From contig JBHBLB010000050.1 in NCBI GenBank assembly GCA_041791495.1, positions 9,522 to 73,521 of the forward strand: 64,000 nucleotides of DNA, given 5' to 3'. Under the pieces are notes generated by a model. It made no database searches. It was not told the DNA's origin and saw only the letters and a list, made by a program, of their open reading frames with translations. This document shows, piece after piece, positions 37,339 through 47,697 of this stretch. This DNA is from Porphyromonas sp. (GTDB taxonomy: Bacteria > Bacteroidota > Bacteroidia > Bacteroidales > Porphyromonadaceae). Every line of letters starts with the position of its first letter. Position 1 is the first letter of the stretch. A program made the position numbers and the translations under genes.

Positions 37339-37426
37339 ATGTCCCGTCGTCCTGCACTTCGGTGCCGCTCCCGATGCCTTTCTGATCGGGTATTGCGACT
37401 TCCCGGTTGTACGGATAATGAAGAAA

Positions 37427-37455
37427 GGGTTGCGTCACGGCTACGACGCAACCCC
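37427..37455 (-). terminator. Probable terminator of the rnr-ruvB-flippase-DUF389 operon
   Basis: gggttgcgtc-acggctac-gacgcaaccc hairpin with a ttcttc tail on the minus strand. Confidence 0.65.
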
Positions 37456-37496
37456 TGTGCGGATGACCTCCGTCTCCCTCTCCCCCTGTGGATTCT

Positions 37497-38852
37497 CTAA
37501 TTACGCTCTTGCCTGAATAGGATATGTGCTCCCGGCACGCTCTTATCGAGCCAGCGTGTGAGACGGGTTCGTGTGTCGGCCGAGAGGGGCTTCTCCGAGA
37601 TGATGGATATGGTGAGCACCGTGTCGAGCCGTAGAGAGTCGATGCCGACGGAGTAACTGTCGGAGAAGTCGGCTCGGGAGACCTCGGGGAAGAGCTCCTT
37701 GATGTCGGAGGAGAGGGTGAGGGCCAGATTCGATAGCTTCGAGGTGTTTCGGAGCTTTTGATTGAGCGAGTCGATCACATACTGCTGGTATTTGATGTAG
37801 TCGCTCGAAGAAGCACTCAGGTCTTGTACGATGTCGGAGCGCACGGCATCGAGACTGATGTTGCCGAAGCCCTGACGTACCGTGAGGCCTGTGCGCTTGA
37901 GCCCGTACTCGGGTAGCTTGGCTCGTATAGCCTGGATCACGGACTCGGGCAGCTCCTCTCCGATAAGCGATACTTCGATGTAGTGGCTGTCTCGGAGGTG
38001 TGTCACGTTGTGCCTGATGAGTTGTGTATTGGGGAAGCCGAACTCGGTGCGTACGAACTTCTTCTCTTGCTCCTCAAAGATGGTACTCTGTACGAGCTTG
38101 TAGCTCAGGAAGATGCTTGGTACTGCCGTACAGAGTACGATGGTGAGGACAGTGTAATTGAGTCTTTTGGCCTTCGCTTGGTTTACGAAGGTCACTTTCG
38201 GGTACTTGAGCAGCTTGATCATCATATATGTTGCCAAGCCGATGAATACACTATTGATGAGGTAGAGGTAGAACGCCCCGAAGAAGAAGCCCGGCTGCCC
38301 CGTCGCAATACCGTACCCTGCCGTACAGAGAGGGGGCATGAGGGCGGTCGCTATCGCTACTCCCGGGATCACGTTCCCCTTAGACTTGGTGGCTCCTGCC
38401 AGTACTCCGGCGACTCCTCCCACAAAGGCGATGAGGACATCGTACACCGTGGGTTGGGTACGTGCGAGGAGCTCGCTCTGCGCTGTCGATATGGGGGAGA
38501 TGAGGAAGTAGATCGTGGAGGTGAGGATGGCTATAAGGGTCGCAATCGTAAAGTTGCGCAGGGACTTGCGTACCAGGGCAAAGTCGAGGATCCCCAGCCC
38601 TAAGCCGAGCCCGATGATGGGCCCCATGAGCGGAGAGATAAGCATGGCACCGATAATGACGGCGGTCGAATTGACGTTGAGTCCGAGAGAGGCAATGAAG
38701 ATGGCGCAAATGAGAATCCAGGCTTTCGTGCCCCGGAAGTCTACGTCTGCCTTGAATGCTTCGATCGTAGCGAATTCGTTCTCCTTCTCTGCCTTGAGGT
38801 CGAAGTACTTTTGCAGGAAGGTAATGAGGCTTTCTTTATGCTCGGTATTCAT
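37497..38852 (-). CDS. DUF389 (TIGR00341-like) membrane protein
   Basis: NSTAVIIGAMLISPLMGPI, ELLARTQPT and PGVAIATALMPPL. True start MNTEHK at 38852 (ATGA overlap). Confidence 0.88.
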   Translation of the reverse strand: MNTEHKESLITFLQKYFDLKAEKENEFATIEAFKADVDFRGTKAWILICAIFIASLGLNVNSTAVIIGAMLISPLMGPIIGLGLGLGILDFALVRKSLRNFTIATLIAILTSTIYFLISPISTAQSELLARTQPTVYDVLIAFVGGVAGVLAGATKSKGNVIPGVAIATALMPPLCTAGYGIATGQPGFFFGAFYLYLINSVFIGLATYMMIKLLKYPKVTFVNQAKAKRLNYTVLTIVLCTAVPSIFLSYKLVQSTIFEEQEKKFVRTEFGFPNTQLIRHNVTHLRDSHYIEVSLIGEELPESVIQAIRAKLPEYGLKRTGLTVRQGFGNISLDAVRSDIVQDLSASSSDYIKYQQYVIDSLNQKLRNTSKLSNLALTLSSDIKELFPEVSRADFSDSYSVGIDSLRLDTVLTISIISEKPLSADTRTRLTRWLDKSVPGAHILFRQERN

Positions 38853-40363
38853 CGTTTCAGTATTCTTTTGAGGGATTGTACGGGGTGAGGGTCGATGATA
38901 TACAGTGCCGCTGCCATCCCTACCGGAAGCATCAGCGTACGGAGCGTGATGCGGAGCAGTATGGAGTCGGGCATGATCTGCATCCCGAGGTAATACCACA
39001 GGGCAGTGACCGCAATCACCAAGAGGACCTTCAGGGTGTCGTAGGGGATGGGATAGTACTTGCGTCCGAGGAGGTACGATAGCAGCATCATCACCGTATT
39101 GCAGATCAGTGATGCCCATGCGCAAGCGATGTAACCGTAGACGGGTGTCCAGATGACAATGATCACGACCGTGATGATAAGTCCTACGAGAGAGAAGAGC
39201 GTGCCAAAGTATGTGCGGTCACTCAACTTGTACCACATCGAAAGATTGTAGTAGATGCCGAAGATGACTTCTCCGGCCATCACGATAGGCACGATACGAA
39301 GTCCCTCGTAGTAGTCCGGACGGACGACGTGTTTGAATAGGTCTATCCAGAACATCACGCCGAGGAAGATGAAGCAGGTGAACAGGACGAAGTAGTTCAT
39401 CGCTACCCTATATGCCGTGGGACCATCCTCTCTCTTCATCTTGGAGAAGACGAAGGGGTCGTAGGCGAAGCGGAATGCTTGCATGAACATCACCATTACG
39501 ACCGTGATCTTTAGGCAACCTCCATAGATGCCTAATTGGCTCATCCCATAGGCTTTGTCGGCAAAGAGCTCTGGGATAAGTATCTGTCCTGCCATACGGT
39601 TGAAGTTCCCCATCACGCCGAGTAGCATAAGGGGAAGGCAGAAGTAGAGAAGTCTCAGGGCAAGATCCTTATCGAAGCCCCTCAATCCCGGACGAAGTAC
39701 CGGCAGCATGCACAAGGCTTCGATCGCTGTAGCGAGAAGGTTGGAGATAAAGATGTATCCGACAAAGTAATCGGGGCGGTAGAACCACCCTATCAGATCG
39801 GGATAGTGGAGGTGGATCCACGGACAGAGGAGCAGGAAGAATAGGTTGAAGAGGATGTTGAGCAGGATGAAGAGGAACTTGTAAAAGGCAAATCTCAACG
39901 GCCTCTTGCTGAACCTAAGGTAGGCGAACGGTAACGAAAGCATCGCATCGATAGCTACAATCACCAAAAATATCCCAACAAACTCCGGATGTTGCGGATA
40001 TCCCAAGCCCTCGGATATATCTCCTACGAAGAGAAAGCCTAAAACGAGGAAGAGCGTGACCGCAAAGGAGAGTAGCTTGAGCGCAGTGGCGTAAACTTTG
40101 TTGGGCATCGGCTCGGTATTCATATACCTAAACAGTCCGGTTTCAAGCCCAAGAGTCAGCACGACGAGTATGACGCTTACCCACGCGTATAGGTTAGTGA
40201 CGATGCCGTACTCGGCACTGTCCGTAAGCACTCGTATATAAAATGGAGCAAGGAGCCAGTTGAGGAACTTGCTCGCTATATTCGTGATACCGTAGATTAC
40301 CGTATCTTTTGCCAGCCCTTTCAGCCCTGTTGCGTTGCCTTCTGCCATTGTTGGTTCAGTCAA
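38849..40363 (-). CDS. Wzx/MOP-type polysaccharide flippase
   Basis: LAKDTVIYG start, about 12-14 TMs, GIYGGCLK and [10 protein letters not shown]. Confidence 0.85.
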   Translation of the reverse strand: MTEPTMAEGNATGLKGLAKDTVIYGITNIASKFLNWLLAPFYIRVLTDSAEYGIVTNLYAWVSVILVVLTLGLETGLFRYMNTEPMPNKVYATALKLLSFAVTLFLVLGFLFVGDISEGLGYPQHPEFVGIFLVIVAIDAMLSLPFAYLRFSKRPLRFAFYKFLFILLNILFNLFFLLLCPWIHLHYPDLIGWFYRPDYFVGYIFISNLLATAIEALCMLPVLRPGLRGFDKDLALRLLYFCLPLMLLGVMGNFNRMAGQILIPELFADKAYGMSQLGIYGGCLKITVVMVMFMQAFRFAYDPFVFSKMKREDGPTAYRVAMNYFVLFTCFIFLGVMFWIDLFKHVVRPDYYEGLRIVPIVMAGEVIFGIYYNLSMWYKLSDRTYFGTLFSLVGLIITVVIIVIWTPVYGYIACAWASLICNTVMMLLSYLLGRKYYPIPYDTLKVLLVIAVTALWYYLGMQIMPDSILLRITLRTLMLPVGMAAALYIIDPHPVQSLKRILKR

Positions 40364-41405
40364 AGAGGGACTTCTCCCTCGGAAACATCGTTCGCCCGAA
40401 GTGGTTGTACGCCAACTCTGTCACCTCACGTCCGCGAGGGGTCCGCTTCATGAACCCTTCTTTGATGAGGAACGGCTCGTAGACTTCCTCCACTGTACCG
40501 GGATCTTCACCTATCGCTGTCGCTATTGTACCTAGTCCTACCGGACCTCCTCCGAACTTGTCCATAATCACCGTGAGGATCTTATGGTCTATCTGGTCGA
40601 GTCCATGCTTATCAATGTTGAGAGCTTCCAGGGCATAGCACGCTATATCATGGTGTATGCGTCCCGACCCTTTCACTTGGGCATAGTCACGGACTCGGCG
40701 AAGGAGGGCGTTCGCTATACGAGGCGTGCAACGACTTCTCTCGGCAATCTCCTGGGCGGCACTGGTCTCGCACGCCACTCCAAGGATACCTGCGCTCCGC
40801 TCCACTATACCGCGAAGCGTATCAATATCGTAGTATTCGAGGTGCAGGTTGATACCGAAGCGAGCCCTTAGCGGGGCAGTGAGTAGACCGCTACGTGTCG
40901 TGGCACCGATCAGAGTGAATGGGTTGAGGTCGATTTGTATACTCCGGGCACCGGGACCTTTATCAATCATTATGTCGATGCGGTAATCCTCCATGGCAGA
41001 GTATAGGTACTCTTCGACCACGGGAGGCATACGGTGTATTTCGTCTATGAACAAGACATCGTTGGGTTCCAGAGACGTAAGTACACCGGCAAGGTCTCCC
41101 GGCTTGTCGAGTACGGGACCCGATGTCACCTTCAATCCGACTCCGAGCTCATTGGCTATGATTTGGGAGAGGGTCGTCTTGCCCAATCCCGGGGGGCCGT
41201 GTAGGAGGACATGGTCGAGAGATTCGCCACGCATCTTTGCCGCCATGACGAAGATACGGAGGTTTTCCACTACTGCGTCCTGCCCTTTGAACGTATCGAA
41301 GGTGTACGGGCGCAGAGCTTTGTCGGGGTCGGAAGTATTTGTTCTGTCGGGGTCTACCGCACGGATATCGAAGTCGGATAGGCCATCGTTGTTTAACATC
41401 TTCAT
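40356..41405 (-). CDS. ruvB: Holliday junction branch-migration helicase RuvB
   Basis: [31 protein letters not shown] and TPRGR. Confidence 0.98.
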   Translation of the reverse strand: MKMLNNDGLSDFDIRAVDPDRTNTSDPDKALRPYTFDTFKGQDAVVENLRIFVMAAKMRGESLDHVLLHGPPGLGKTTLSQIIANELGVGLKVTSGPVLDKPGDLAGVLTSLEPNDVLFIDEIHRMPPVVEEYLYSAMEDYRIDIMIDKGPGARSIQIDLNPFTLIGATTRSGLLTAPLRARFGINLHLEYYDIDTLRGIVERSAGILGVACETSAAQEIAERSRCTPRIANALLRRVRDYAQVKGSGRIHHDIACYALEALNIDKHGLDQIDHKILTVIMDKFGGGPVGLGTIATAIGEDPGTVEEVYEPFLIKEGFMKRTPRGREVTELAYNHFGRTMFPREKSLFD

Positions 41406-41420
41406 TCTGTCTGTGGCTTG

Positions 41421-43625
41421 TTATGCAAGTTCAAAGTCGAGTTGCTTACGTTCGAGGTCGGTGTGAGCTACTCTGATGATTATTTTGTCACCGAGGCTGT
41501 AACGTTTCCTTCGGTTGAAGCCTATGAGACAATAGTTCTTGACGTCGAACTCATAGTAGTCGTCATCCAGCTCTCGTATAGGGACGAGTCCCTCACAACC
41601 GTTGTCGATGATCTCCACATACAGGCCCCAGTCGGTCACTCCCGAGATCACTCCGTCGAAGATCTGCCCGACCCTCTCCTTCATAAACTCTACTTGCTTG
41701 TACTTTATCGAAGCTCTCTCTGCCTGGGCTGCTGTATTTTCCATTGCAGAGTCGTGCTTGCACATATCTTCGTAGGCTTTCTTGTCCACGCTCTTCCCGC
41801 CTGCCATATAACGAGTAAGGAGTCTGTGCACGAGCATATCCGGATGTCGACGTATGGGCGACGTGAAGTGGGTGTAGTGCTCAAAGCCTAAACCGTAGTG
41901 TCCTATGTTATCTGTCGTGTAGGCGGCCTTGGCCATTGTGCGGATCGTAATGGTCTCTACGAGGTTCTCTTCCGGTTTCCCCTGTACGGCATCGAGGAGA
42001 TTATTGATCGAACGCGCTATTGCGCTCGGGGTCCCTGTGTATCTGAGTCTGTAGCCGAACCGCATCACGAACTCGGCAAGGTTCTGCAACTTCTCCGGAT
42101 CGGGCAGGTCATGTACACGGTAGACAAAGACCGGAGCCTTGCGCCCTTCAGCACGTCCTATGTGGGTGGCTACGGTACGGTTGGCGAGGAGCATGAACTC
42201 CTCTATGAGCTTATTCGCTTCCTTGCTCACCACTGACCTGACGGCTATCGGTTTTCCTGCGGCATCTATCTCAAACTTTAGCTCTGATCGCTCGAAGTCT
42301 ATCGCATTGTTGGTAAACCTCTCCGCCCTCAACTTCTGGGCAAGAGCATTAAGGGCAAGCACCTCATCCCGGAACTCTCCCTCTCCCCCCTCGATGATTG
42401 CCTGGGCTTCCTCATAAGCGAGGCGGGCATTGCTGTGTATTACGGTGCGTGTGATGCGGTAGTCGAGCACCTTTGCATCGTTGTCGAGCTTGAAGATGAC
42501 CGAGTAGGCCGGGCGATCTTCGTGAGGGCGAAGCGAGCACAAGTCGTTGCACAGACGCTCGGGAAGCATAGGCACTGTACGATCTACCAGATAGACGCTT
42601 GTCGCGCGCCGTTGGGCTTCCTTGTCTATGATGTCATCCTCGTGTACATATGCGGTCACGTCGGCGATGTGTACCCCTACTTCTACCGTCGTGTCGTCAA
42701 TGCGGCGGAAGGAGAGAGCGTCATCGAAGTCCTTTGCTTCCTTGGGGTCTATGGTGAGTGTAGGTACATTCCGGAAGTCCTCCCGGTTGTACTCCTCGGC
42801 ATACGCGCTCTGCTCATCGATACGATCGGCAGCCTCTTCCACCGCTTTGGGATAAACATACGGCAGACCGTACTCGGCAAGGATGGCGTGCATCTCCGTG
42901 TCGTTCTCTCCTGCCTTCCCGATGATGTCTATTACCTCACCGAGCGGATTTTTTGCCCCGTCCGGCCATTCCACGACACGTACTACGACCTTCTCCCCAT
43001 CCCGGGCTCCTTTGAGGAAACGTTCGGGGATGAAGATGTCGTTGGCGAGCTTATTGCTCTCCGTGATCAGGAAAGCCACTCCATTGTTTACGGAGAGGAT
43101 ACCGACGAAGTTCGCTTCCACCCGCTCGAGGACCCTGACCACCTCCCCCTCGGGAGCCTGACCTCTGCGCTTGGCATGGAGTTGTATCACTACCCGATCG
43201 CCGTCCATGGCGTTGCGGGAGTTGCGTTCGGCGATACGTATGGGTGCACCTCCGCCATCGGGCAAGAAGGAGTTGTGTCCTCTCCCTCCGGTACGGCTGA
43301 AGACTCCTTCGATCTCCTTCTTCAGAGCTTTGTAGAAGTACTTCCCTCTCCCCGAGCGATTGATCACCTTCTCATCGGCAAGGGCGGACATCAGTTCGCT
43401 CACCACCTCGTAAGCCATCTCGCCATGTACGCCGATGGCTGCCGCTACCTGCTTGTGATTGACCGGCACATCAGGGCGACTCCTGAAGTACTCCAGGATC
43501 TGTCCTCTTATCTTCGTGATGGAGGGGATATACTCCGAGAAATCTCCCCCTCGGGGGCTCTTGCCTTTTCTTGCCTTTGGGGCAACGGGTCTTCCGCCTA
43601 CTCTCTTCTTCTTACTCATAGCCAT
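41421..43625 (-). CDS. rnr: Ribonuclease R
   Basis: TIDPKEAKDFDDALS, HIADV, HFTSPIRR and C-terminal S1. Start moved to 43625 because the -7 box is at 43665-43672. Confidence 0.96.
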   Translation of the reverse strand: MAMSKKKRVGGRPVAPKARKGKSPRGGDFSEYIPSITKIRGQILEYFRSRPDVPVNHKQVAAAIGVHGEMAYEVVSELMSALADEKVINRSGRGKYFYKALKKEIEGVFSRTGGRGHNSFLPDGGGAPIRIAERNSRNAMDGDRVVIQLHAKRRGQAPEGEVVRVLERVEANFVGILSVNNGVAFLITESNKLANDIFIPERFLKGARDGEKVVVRVVEWPDGAKNPLGEVIDIIGKAGENDTEMHAILAEYGLPYVYPKAVEEAADRIDEQSAYAEEYNREDFRNVPTLTIDPKEAKDFDDALSFRRIDDTTVEVGVHIADVTAYVHEDDIIDKEAQRRATSVYLVDRTVPMLPERLCNDLCSLRPHEDRPAYSVIFKLDNDAKVLDYRITRTVIHSNARLAYEEAQAIIEGGEGEFRDEVLALNALAQKLRAERFTNNAIDFERSELKFEIDAAGKPIAVRSVVSKEANKLIEEFMLLANRTVATHIGRAEGRKAPVFVYRVHDLPDPEKLQNLAEFVMRFGYRLRYTGTPSAIARSINNLLDAVQGKPEENLVETITIRTMAKAAYTTDNIGHYGLGFEHYTHFTSPIRRHPDMLVHRLLTRYMAGGKSVDKKAYEDMCKHDSAMENTAAQAERASIKYKQVEFMKERVGQIFDGVISGVTDWGLYVEIIDNGCEGLVPIRELDDDYYEFDVKNYCLIGFNRRKRYSLGDKIIIRVAHTDLERKQLDFELA

Positions 43626-43664
43626 TTGTGTACGAGGTCTCTGATTGTCTCCCTCATATTTATA

Positions 43665-43672
43665 CAAATGTA
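43665..43672 (-). promoter_or_regulatory. Sigma-A -7 box (TACATTTG) for the rnr operon
   Basis: Exact TAnnTTTG match 40 bp upstream of the start. Confidence 0.6.
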
Positions 43673-43798
43673 CGAGATTTCCCCCAATTCGTGATAATCC
43701 ATAAGGGCAACTCTCTCTGCTCCGTATCGAAGCGGAGTGCTGTGGGTCGGTACGGCAAGATAACTCTCCGGGGCATAAACTTGGAGATAATGGGACGT

Positions 43799-43892
43799 GA
43801 AGTGGGGGGCTGCCCCCGGTTTTTACTTTTCCGGGGCTGAAAGTTACTTTTCCGCTCCGGATTATTACTTTTCAGCCCCTGAACACAACTTC
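43799..43892. repeat. 94-bp modular element, copy H
   Basis: gaagtggggggc-tgccccc-ggtttttacttttc-cggggct-gaaagttacttttc-cgctccg-gattattacttttc-agcccct-gaacacaacttc. Confidence 0.9.
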
Positions 43893-44203
43893 ACTTCCGG
43901 GCCTCTCCAACTTTTGGTTGCGTAAGGATTGTTTTCTCCTCCCGAAGCTTATGGGTGTCGGTACCGTAACGCACTTTATGGAAATACTTTGCGGATACGG
44001 ACGAAATGGCAACGAGAGAGCGTTGTGCCGAGATGTCCGGGAGAAATCTTGCCGCATAAGTACTCGCAATGGATAGTCGGGCGGGCGACTCGCAGACATG
44101 AGATCCAAGTGGGGAGTCGGTAGTCTCTTGCCGAACTTTCCATACCCAAAAGGCCGAGAGGCAGGAGTAGGGTACTTCTGCTTCTTGGTCTTTAGTCGGA
44201 GGA

Positions 44204-45814
44204 TCAGGGTTGGGACTTTTTACGCTTTGGCTTAGGCTTGTCTTTGCGCTTGCGAGGGTACCGCTTCTTGTCCCTTAGAAAGGGGATGAGGATGAGACCT
44301 CCGACGAGTCCGCTCAGGAGCCCTCCGATATGCCCTGCGTTGTCTGCATTGCCGGTGAACCCGATCAGTAGACCGAGCCCTGCGAACACGGCTGTACTCA
44401 CCAGTATATCGTGGGTCTGCCAGGGTGCGAAAAACCTCGATAGGGCAAGGAGTAAAGATGCTCCAAAGAGCCCGAAGATGGCTCCGGAAGCCCCGACGAT
44501 GACCACAGGGTCGTGCCAGTAAAGGCTCACAAGGCTGGACAAGATTCCGCAAGTAAGATAGAGGATGGCGAACTTCTCCCTCCCGAGGAGTGCTTCCAGG
44601 ACCGGGGCAGTGAGTAGCAACGCTACCATATTGGCAACGAGGTGTGCCGCCCCTGCGTGAAGAAATGTGGAGGTCAGGAGCCGCCACCATTCCCCTCCGG
44701 CAGTGAGCGGATAGTAGTCCCCGCCCCACTTGACCAGCTCTTCGGGATCGAAAGAGATAAATCCCGAGCCCGTCAGGCTCATCAAAAGGAAGATGAGGGT
44801 ATTGACGTGGAAGAGGACCAAAGTGATGAAGCTCTCGCCTTTGGGGATAAAGTAGCGTAGCCCCTCCGACACCTTCCGTCGCATCTCACGGTCGGATGCT
44901 CCGCCCTTTACCTGTGCCATCCCGTTCGGATCGATATGAGGGATGAGGGAGAATAGAAGCCAGACAAGGCTTGCTACCGATGAAATGATAAGGAGCATAG
45001 AGAGCTTATTGCCGTTCCTATCGCCAAAGCGTCCGTCACTCCCGATCAGGATTATAGTGTCTCCGGCATAGAGCTGACTATTCATTATGGCTTTCATGTA
45101 GCCGTCTCTATCTCCTGACGGACTTATACGGTCGAAGTACGCGAGCCTTGATAGGTCGGTGTCGGCGAACTTAGACATAGAGTGTGCGAAGAAGGCCCTC
45201 TCGGCCCTCCTCTTCTCTCCCACATCGAGACGGTTGCTTATGGTCTCGCGGTACTCCGTGCCGAGCCAGGCAGAGGGCTTCGGCACGGTATCCTCCCCGA
45301 CGCCCCCGTACATCGGCACCGCCACATAGAGGTGCATCGTCACCTTTTCGTTGTACTTGCCGTGCGTGATAAAGGAGGTGTAGGTGGTGGCTGCCCGCTT
45401 GTCGATGTGGTATGTACGGAATGAGTAGTACTTCGTGGCAGGGACTTTGGAGATCTCGTCAGGGGTCCGGAGAGTGGTGAGCCTGCCCGATGATGTCTCC
45501 ATATAGTATTGTGCCATGATGGTGGGCACGGTAAGTCCCACCCAGGCTATGATACAGTAGAAGTCTCTCCACCTGTCCCGCCCCGACTCGAACCGGAGCC
45601 CCCGGAGTCTCGAACGGAGAAAATACCATGCCGCAATGCCTGAAAGGACTATCGGGACAGCATAGTGTGTCACGCCCTCTTGGAGCGAGAACAAGCCCAG
45701 CTTCACGAAGAGCAACCAGTGCAGAGCGGTATAGCCTACCGTGAGTAGCACAAGTGCCAGCACAAACGGTGCGGATATGTAGAGCAACTTATCCTTCATC
45801 TCTTCTTCCCCCAC
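44204..45814 (-). CDS. Rhomboid intramembrane serine protease with a large N-terminal extension
   Basis: WWRLLT, FLHAGAAHLVANM, GASGAIFG (Ser) and AGHIGG (His). Confidence 0.88.
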   Translation of the reverse strand: MGEEEMKDKLLYISAPFVLALVLLTVGYTALHWLLFVKLGLFSLQEGVTHYAVPIVLSGIAAWYFLRSRLRGLRFESGRDRWRDFYCIIAWVGLTVPTIMAQYYMETSSGRLTTLRTPDEISKVPATKYYSFRTYHIDKRAATTYTSFITHGKYNEKVTMHLYVAVPMYGGVGEDTVPKPSAWLGTEYRETISNRLDVGEKRRAERAFFAHSMSKFADTDLSRLAYFDRISPSGDRDGYMKAIMNSQLYAGDTIILIGSDGRFGDRNGNKLSMLLIISSVASLVWLLFSLIPHIDPNGMAQVKGGASDREMRRKVSEGLRYFIPKGESFITLVLFHVNTLIFLLMSLTGSGFISFDPEELVKWGGDYYPLTAGGEWWRLLTSTFLHAGAAHLVANMVALLLTAPVLEALLGREKFAILYLTCGILSSLVSLYWHDPVVIVGASGAIFGLFGASLLLALSRFFAPWQTHDILVSTAVFAGLGLLIGFTGNADNAGHIGGLLSGLVGGLILIPFLRDKKRYPRKRKDKPKPKRKKSQP

Positions 45815-45928
45815 GGGAGATGGGTACTTGTATGGCTGCCTGCATAGCTCATCTCATCGCTGATACATCCATATCCTATGCGGCACTTGGAAGGTGGATG
45901 CCCCGACCTGCACCGCAGGGTGACGTCA

Positions 45929-47605
45929 TCAGTAGTTGTAACTACTGCCTCCGAGGAACTCCCGCAACAGCGAGGTAGGAGGCATCAGATGGCATGGTAT
46001 GGGCTCGAAGAACTGCAAGAACTTCAACAACCTATGCGCCTCGCTGTACGTGGGATCGATCTCCCTGACCTGACGAAGCAGGGGCTCTGCCTGCACTCTC
46101 AGGGCAGAGAGCTCGTAGAGCATCGCACTATTGAAGATGACGTCCGCATTCTCCTGGTAAGGGAATATCCACTTGTGCTCCCCTCTTCGTACATTTGCCC
46201 ACATATTGATGCTCTTCGTGGCAGGGGCCCCACGGTACTTGGAGTCGCGGACGATACGTCTCAGCAACCTATTGTCCGAGGTGGAGATCCAGTTGTGTTC
46301 GTCCATCGAAAGCGTCGTAAGGGCAGATACATACACCCGGAATATGGCTTCGGGGGGGATGTTGCGGATGAGCTCGGGATTGAGACCGTGTATCCCCTCG
46401 ATGATAAGGATACCGTCGTCAGCAATCTGTAGGGTATTGCCCCTGAACTGCCGGGAGCCGGAGACAAAATCAAAGGTTGGGAGCTGGACTTCTTTCCCTT
46501 CGACAATGGCTTTCAATTCGTTCTGAAGATAAGGGAGATCGAGTGCGTAGAGGCTCTCGAAGTCATATTCGCCGTGCTCGTCCCGAGGGGTTTCCTCCCT
46601 GTTGAGGAAGTAATCGTCGAGGGATAGGGACTGAGGCTTGATAAGGTTGGTAAGGAGCTGGGTGGTGAGTCGCTTGGCAAAGGTGGTCTTGCCGGAAGAG
46701 GAGGGCCCTGAGATGAGTATGATACGTACGCCCTCCGCATGACGTCTGGCGATCTCTTGGGCTATGGCGGCGATCTGTTTCTCTTGCATCGCTTCGGCGA
46801 CAGAGATGAGTTCGCCGGCGCGTCCGGAACGTATGAGCGCATTCATGGGTGTTACGTTCTCGACATTCAGTACTTTGAGCAGATCGAGGTGATGTTTGAA
46901 CGCCTGAAATGCTTTGGGTTGATCGATCTTCTTCGGCAAAGAATGAATATCTTGCCTGTCCGGAGCAAGCAACAGCAGGCCCTCTTCGTACGGGAGCAGG
47001 TCAAAGTCCCAGATGTAACCGGTACGGGGTAGGACGGAGCCGTAGATAAAGTCCTTATACCCCCCGAGATCGAGGCAGTCCACATAGCACTTCCCTTGCT
47101 GAGCTATGAACTCTGCCGAAGAGACGCTCCCCTGGCTCTCAAGGAGATTAAGGGCGTCTTCGTTCGACATACGTATGGTGTCGATGACAAGGTCCGCATC
47201 TATGATCTCTTGCATCCGAGCCTTGAGACGTGCCACCTCGGCAGGAGAGGGAGGCGTATCCAGATGTCCCCATACACAGTAGAAGCCATTGGAGATGGCG
47301 TGCTCGAACACTACCTTCCCCCTCCCCGGTAGGGCGATGTCCTGTGCCGCCTTACAGAGGATAAGTGTAAGGGTACGTACGTAGGTCCGCATACCGGAGT
47401 CTACGGTATAGTCCACAAACTCTACCGTGCAGTCCCTGAAGAGACGCATGTCGAGCTGGCGTGTGATGTTGTTCACCTTGGCATTCATAGGCGAACTCTT
47501 TAGCTCGGGGGCAAATGCTTTATAGACCTCGATGAGGGTCGTGCCGTATCCAAACGACATTTTTCTCCTGGAAAGTCGTTCGGTGACAGTTAATTCGTTA
47601 TTCAT
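45929..47605 (-). CDS. Uridine/nucleoside kinase family protein with ThrRS-like N-terminal domain
   Basis: ISGPSSSGKTT, LDDYF, EGIHGLN and RLLRRIVRD; the N-terminal part resembles the ThrRS N-domain. Confidence 0.85.
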   Translation of the reverse strand: MNNELTVTERLSRRKMSFGYGTTLIEVYKAFAPELKSSPMNAKVNNITRQLDMRLFRDCTVEFVDYTVDSGMRTYVRTLTLILCKAAQDIALPGRGKVVFEHAISNGFYCVWGHLDTPPSPAEVARLKARMQEIIDADLVIDTIRMSNEDALNLLESQGSVSSAEFIAQQGKCYVDCLDLGGYKDFIYGSVLPRTGYIWDFDLLPYEEGLLLLAPDRQDIHSLPKKIDQPKAFQAFKHHLDLLKVLNVENVTPMNALIRSGRAGELISVAEAMQEKQIAAIAQEIARRHAEGVRIILISGPSSSGKTTFAKRLTTQLLTNLIKPQSLSLDDYFLNREETPRDEHGEYDFESLYALDLPYLQNELKAIVEGKEVQLPTFDFVSGSRQFRGNTLQIADDGILIIEGIHGLNPELIRNIPPEAIFRVYVSALTTLSMDEHNWISTSDNRLLRRIVRDSKYRGAPATKSINMWANVRRGEHKWIFPYQENADVIFNSAMLYELSALRVQAEPLLRQVREIDPTYSEAHRLLKFLQFFEPIPCHLMPPTSLLREFLGGSSYNY

Positions 47606-47697
47606 TTTACTACTCGGGTTTTTTTCGTTTATTTTGTCCTAAAGATAGGCAAATTAGGTGCAACCAGACTTATTCTTTATCATATAACAACAAAACA

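Noticed and set aside
38853-39125. N-terminal extension of the DUF389 ORF
   Set aside because: It overlaps the flippase gene; the real start is 38852.
42435-43694. 419-aa plus-strand ORF
   Set aside because: Antisense shadow of rnr. The same applies to the many other overlapping track ORFs opposite real genes.
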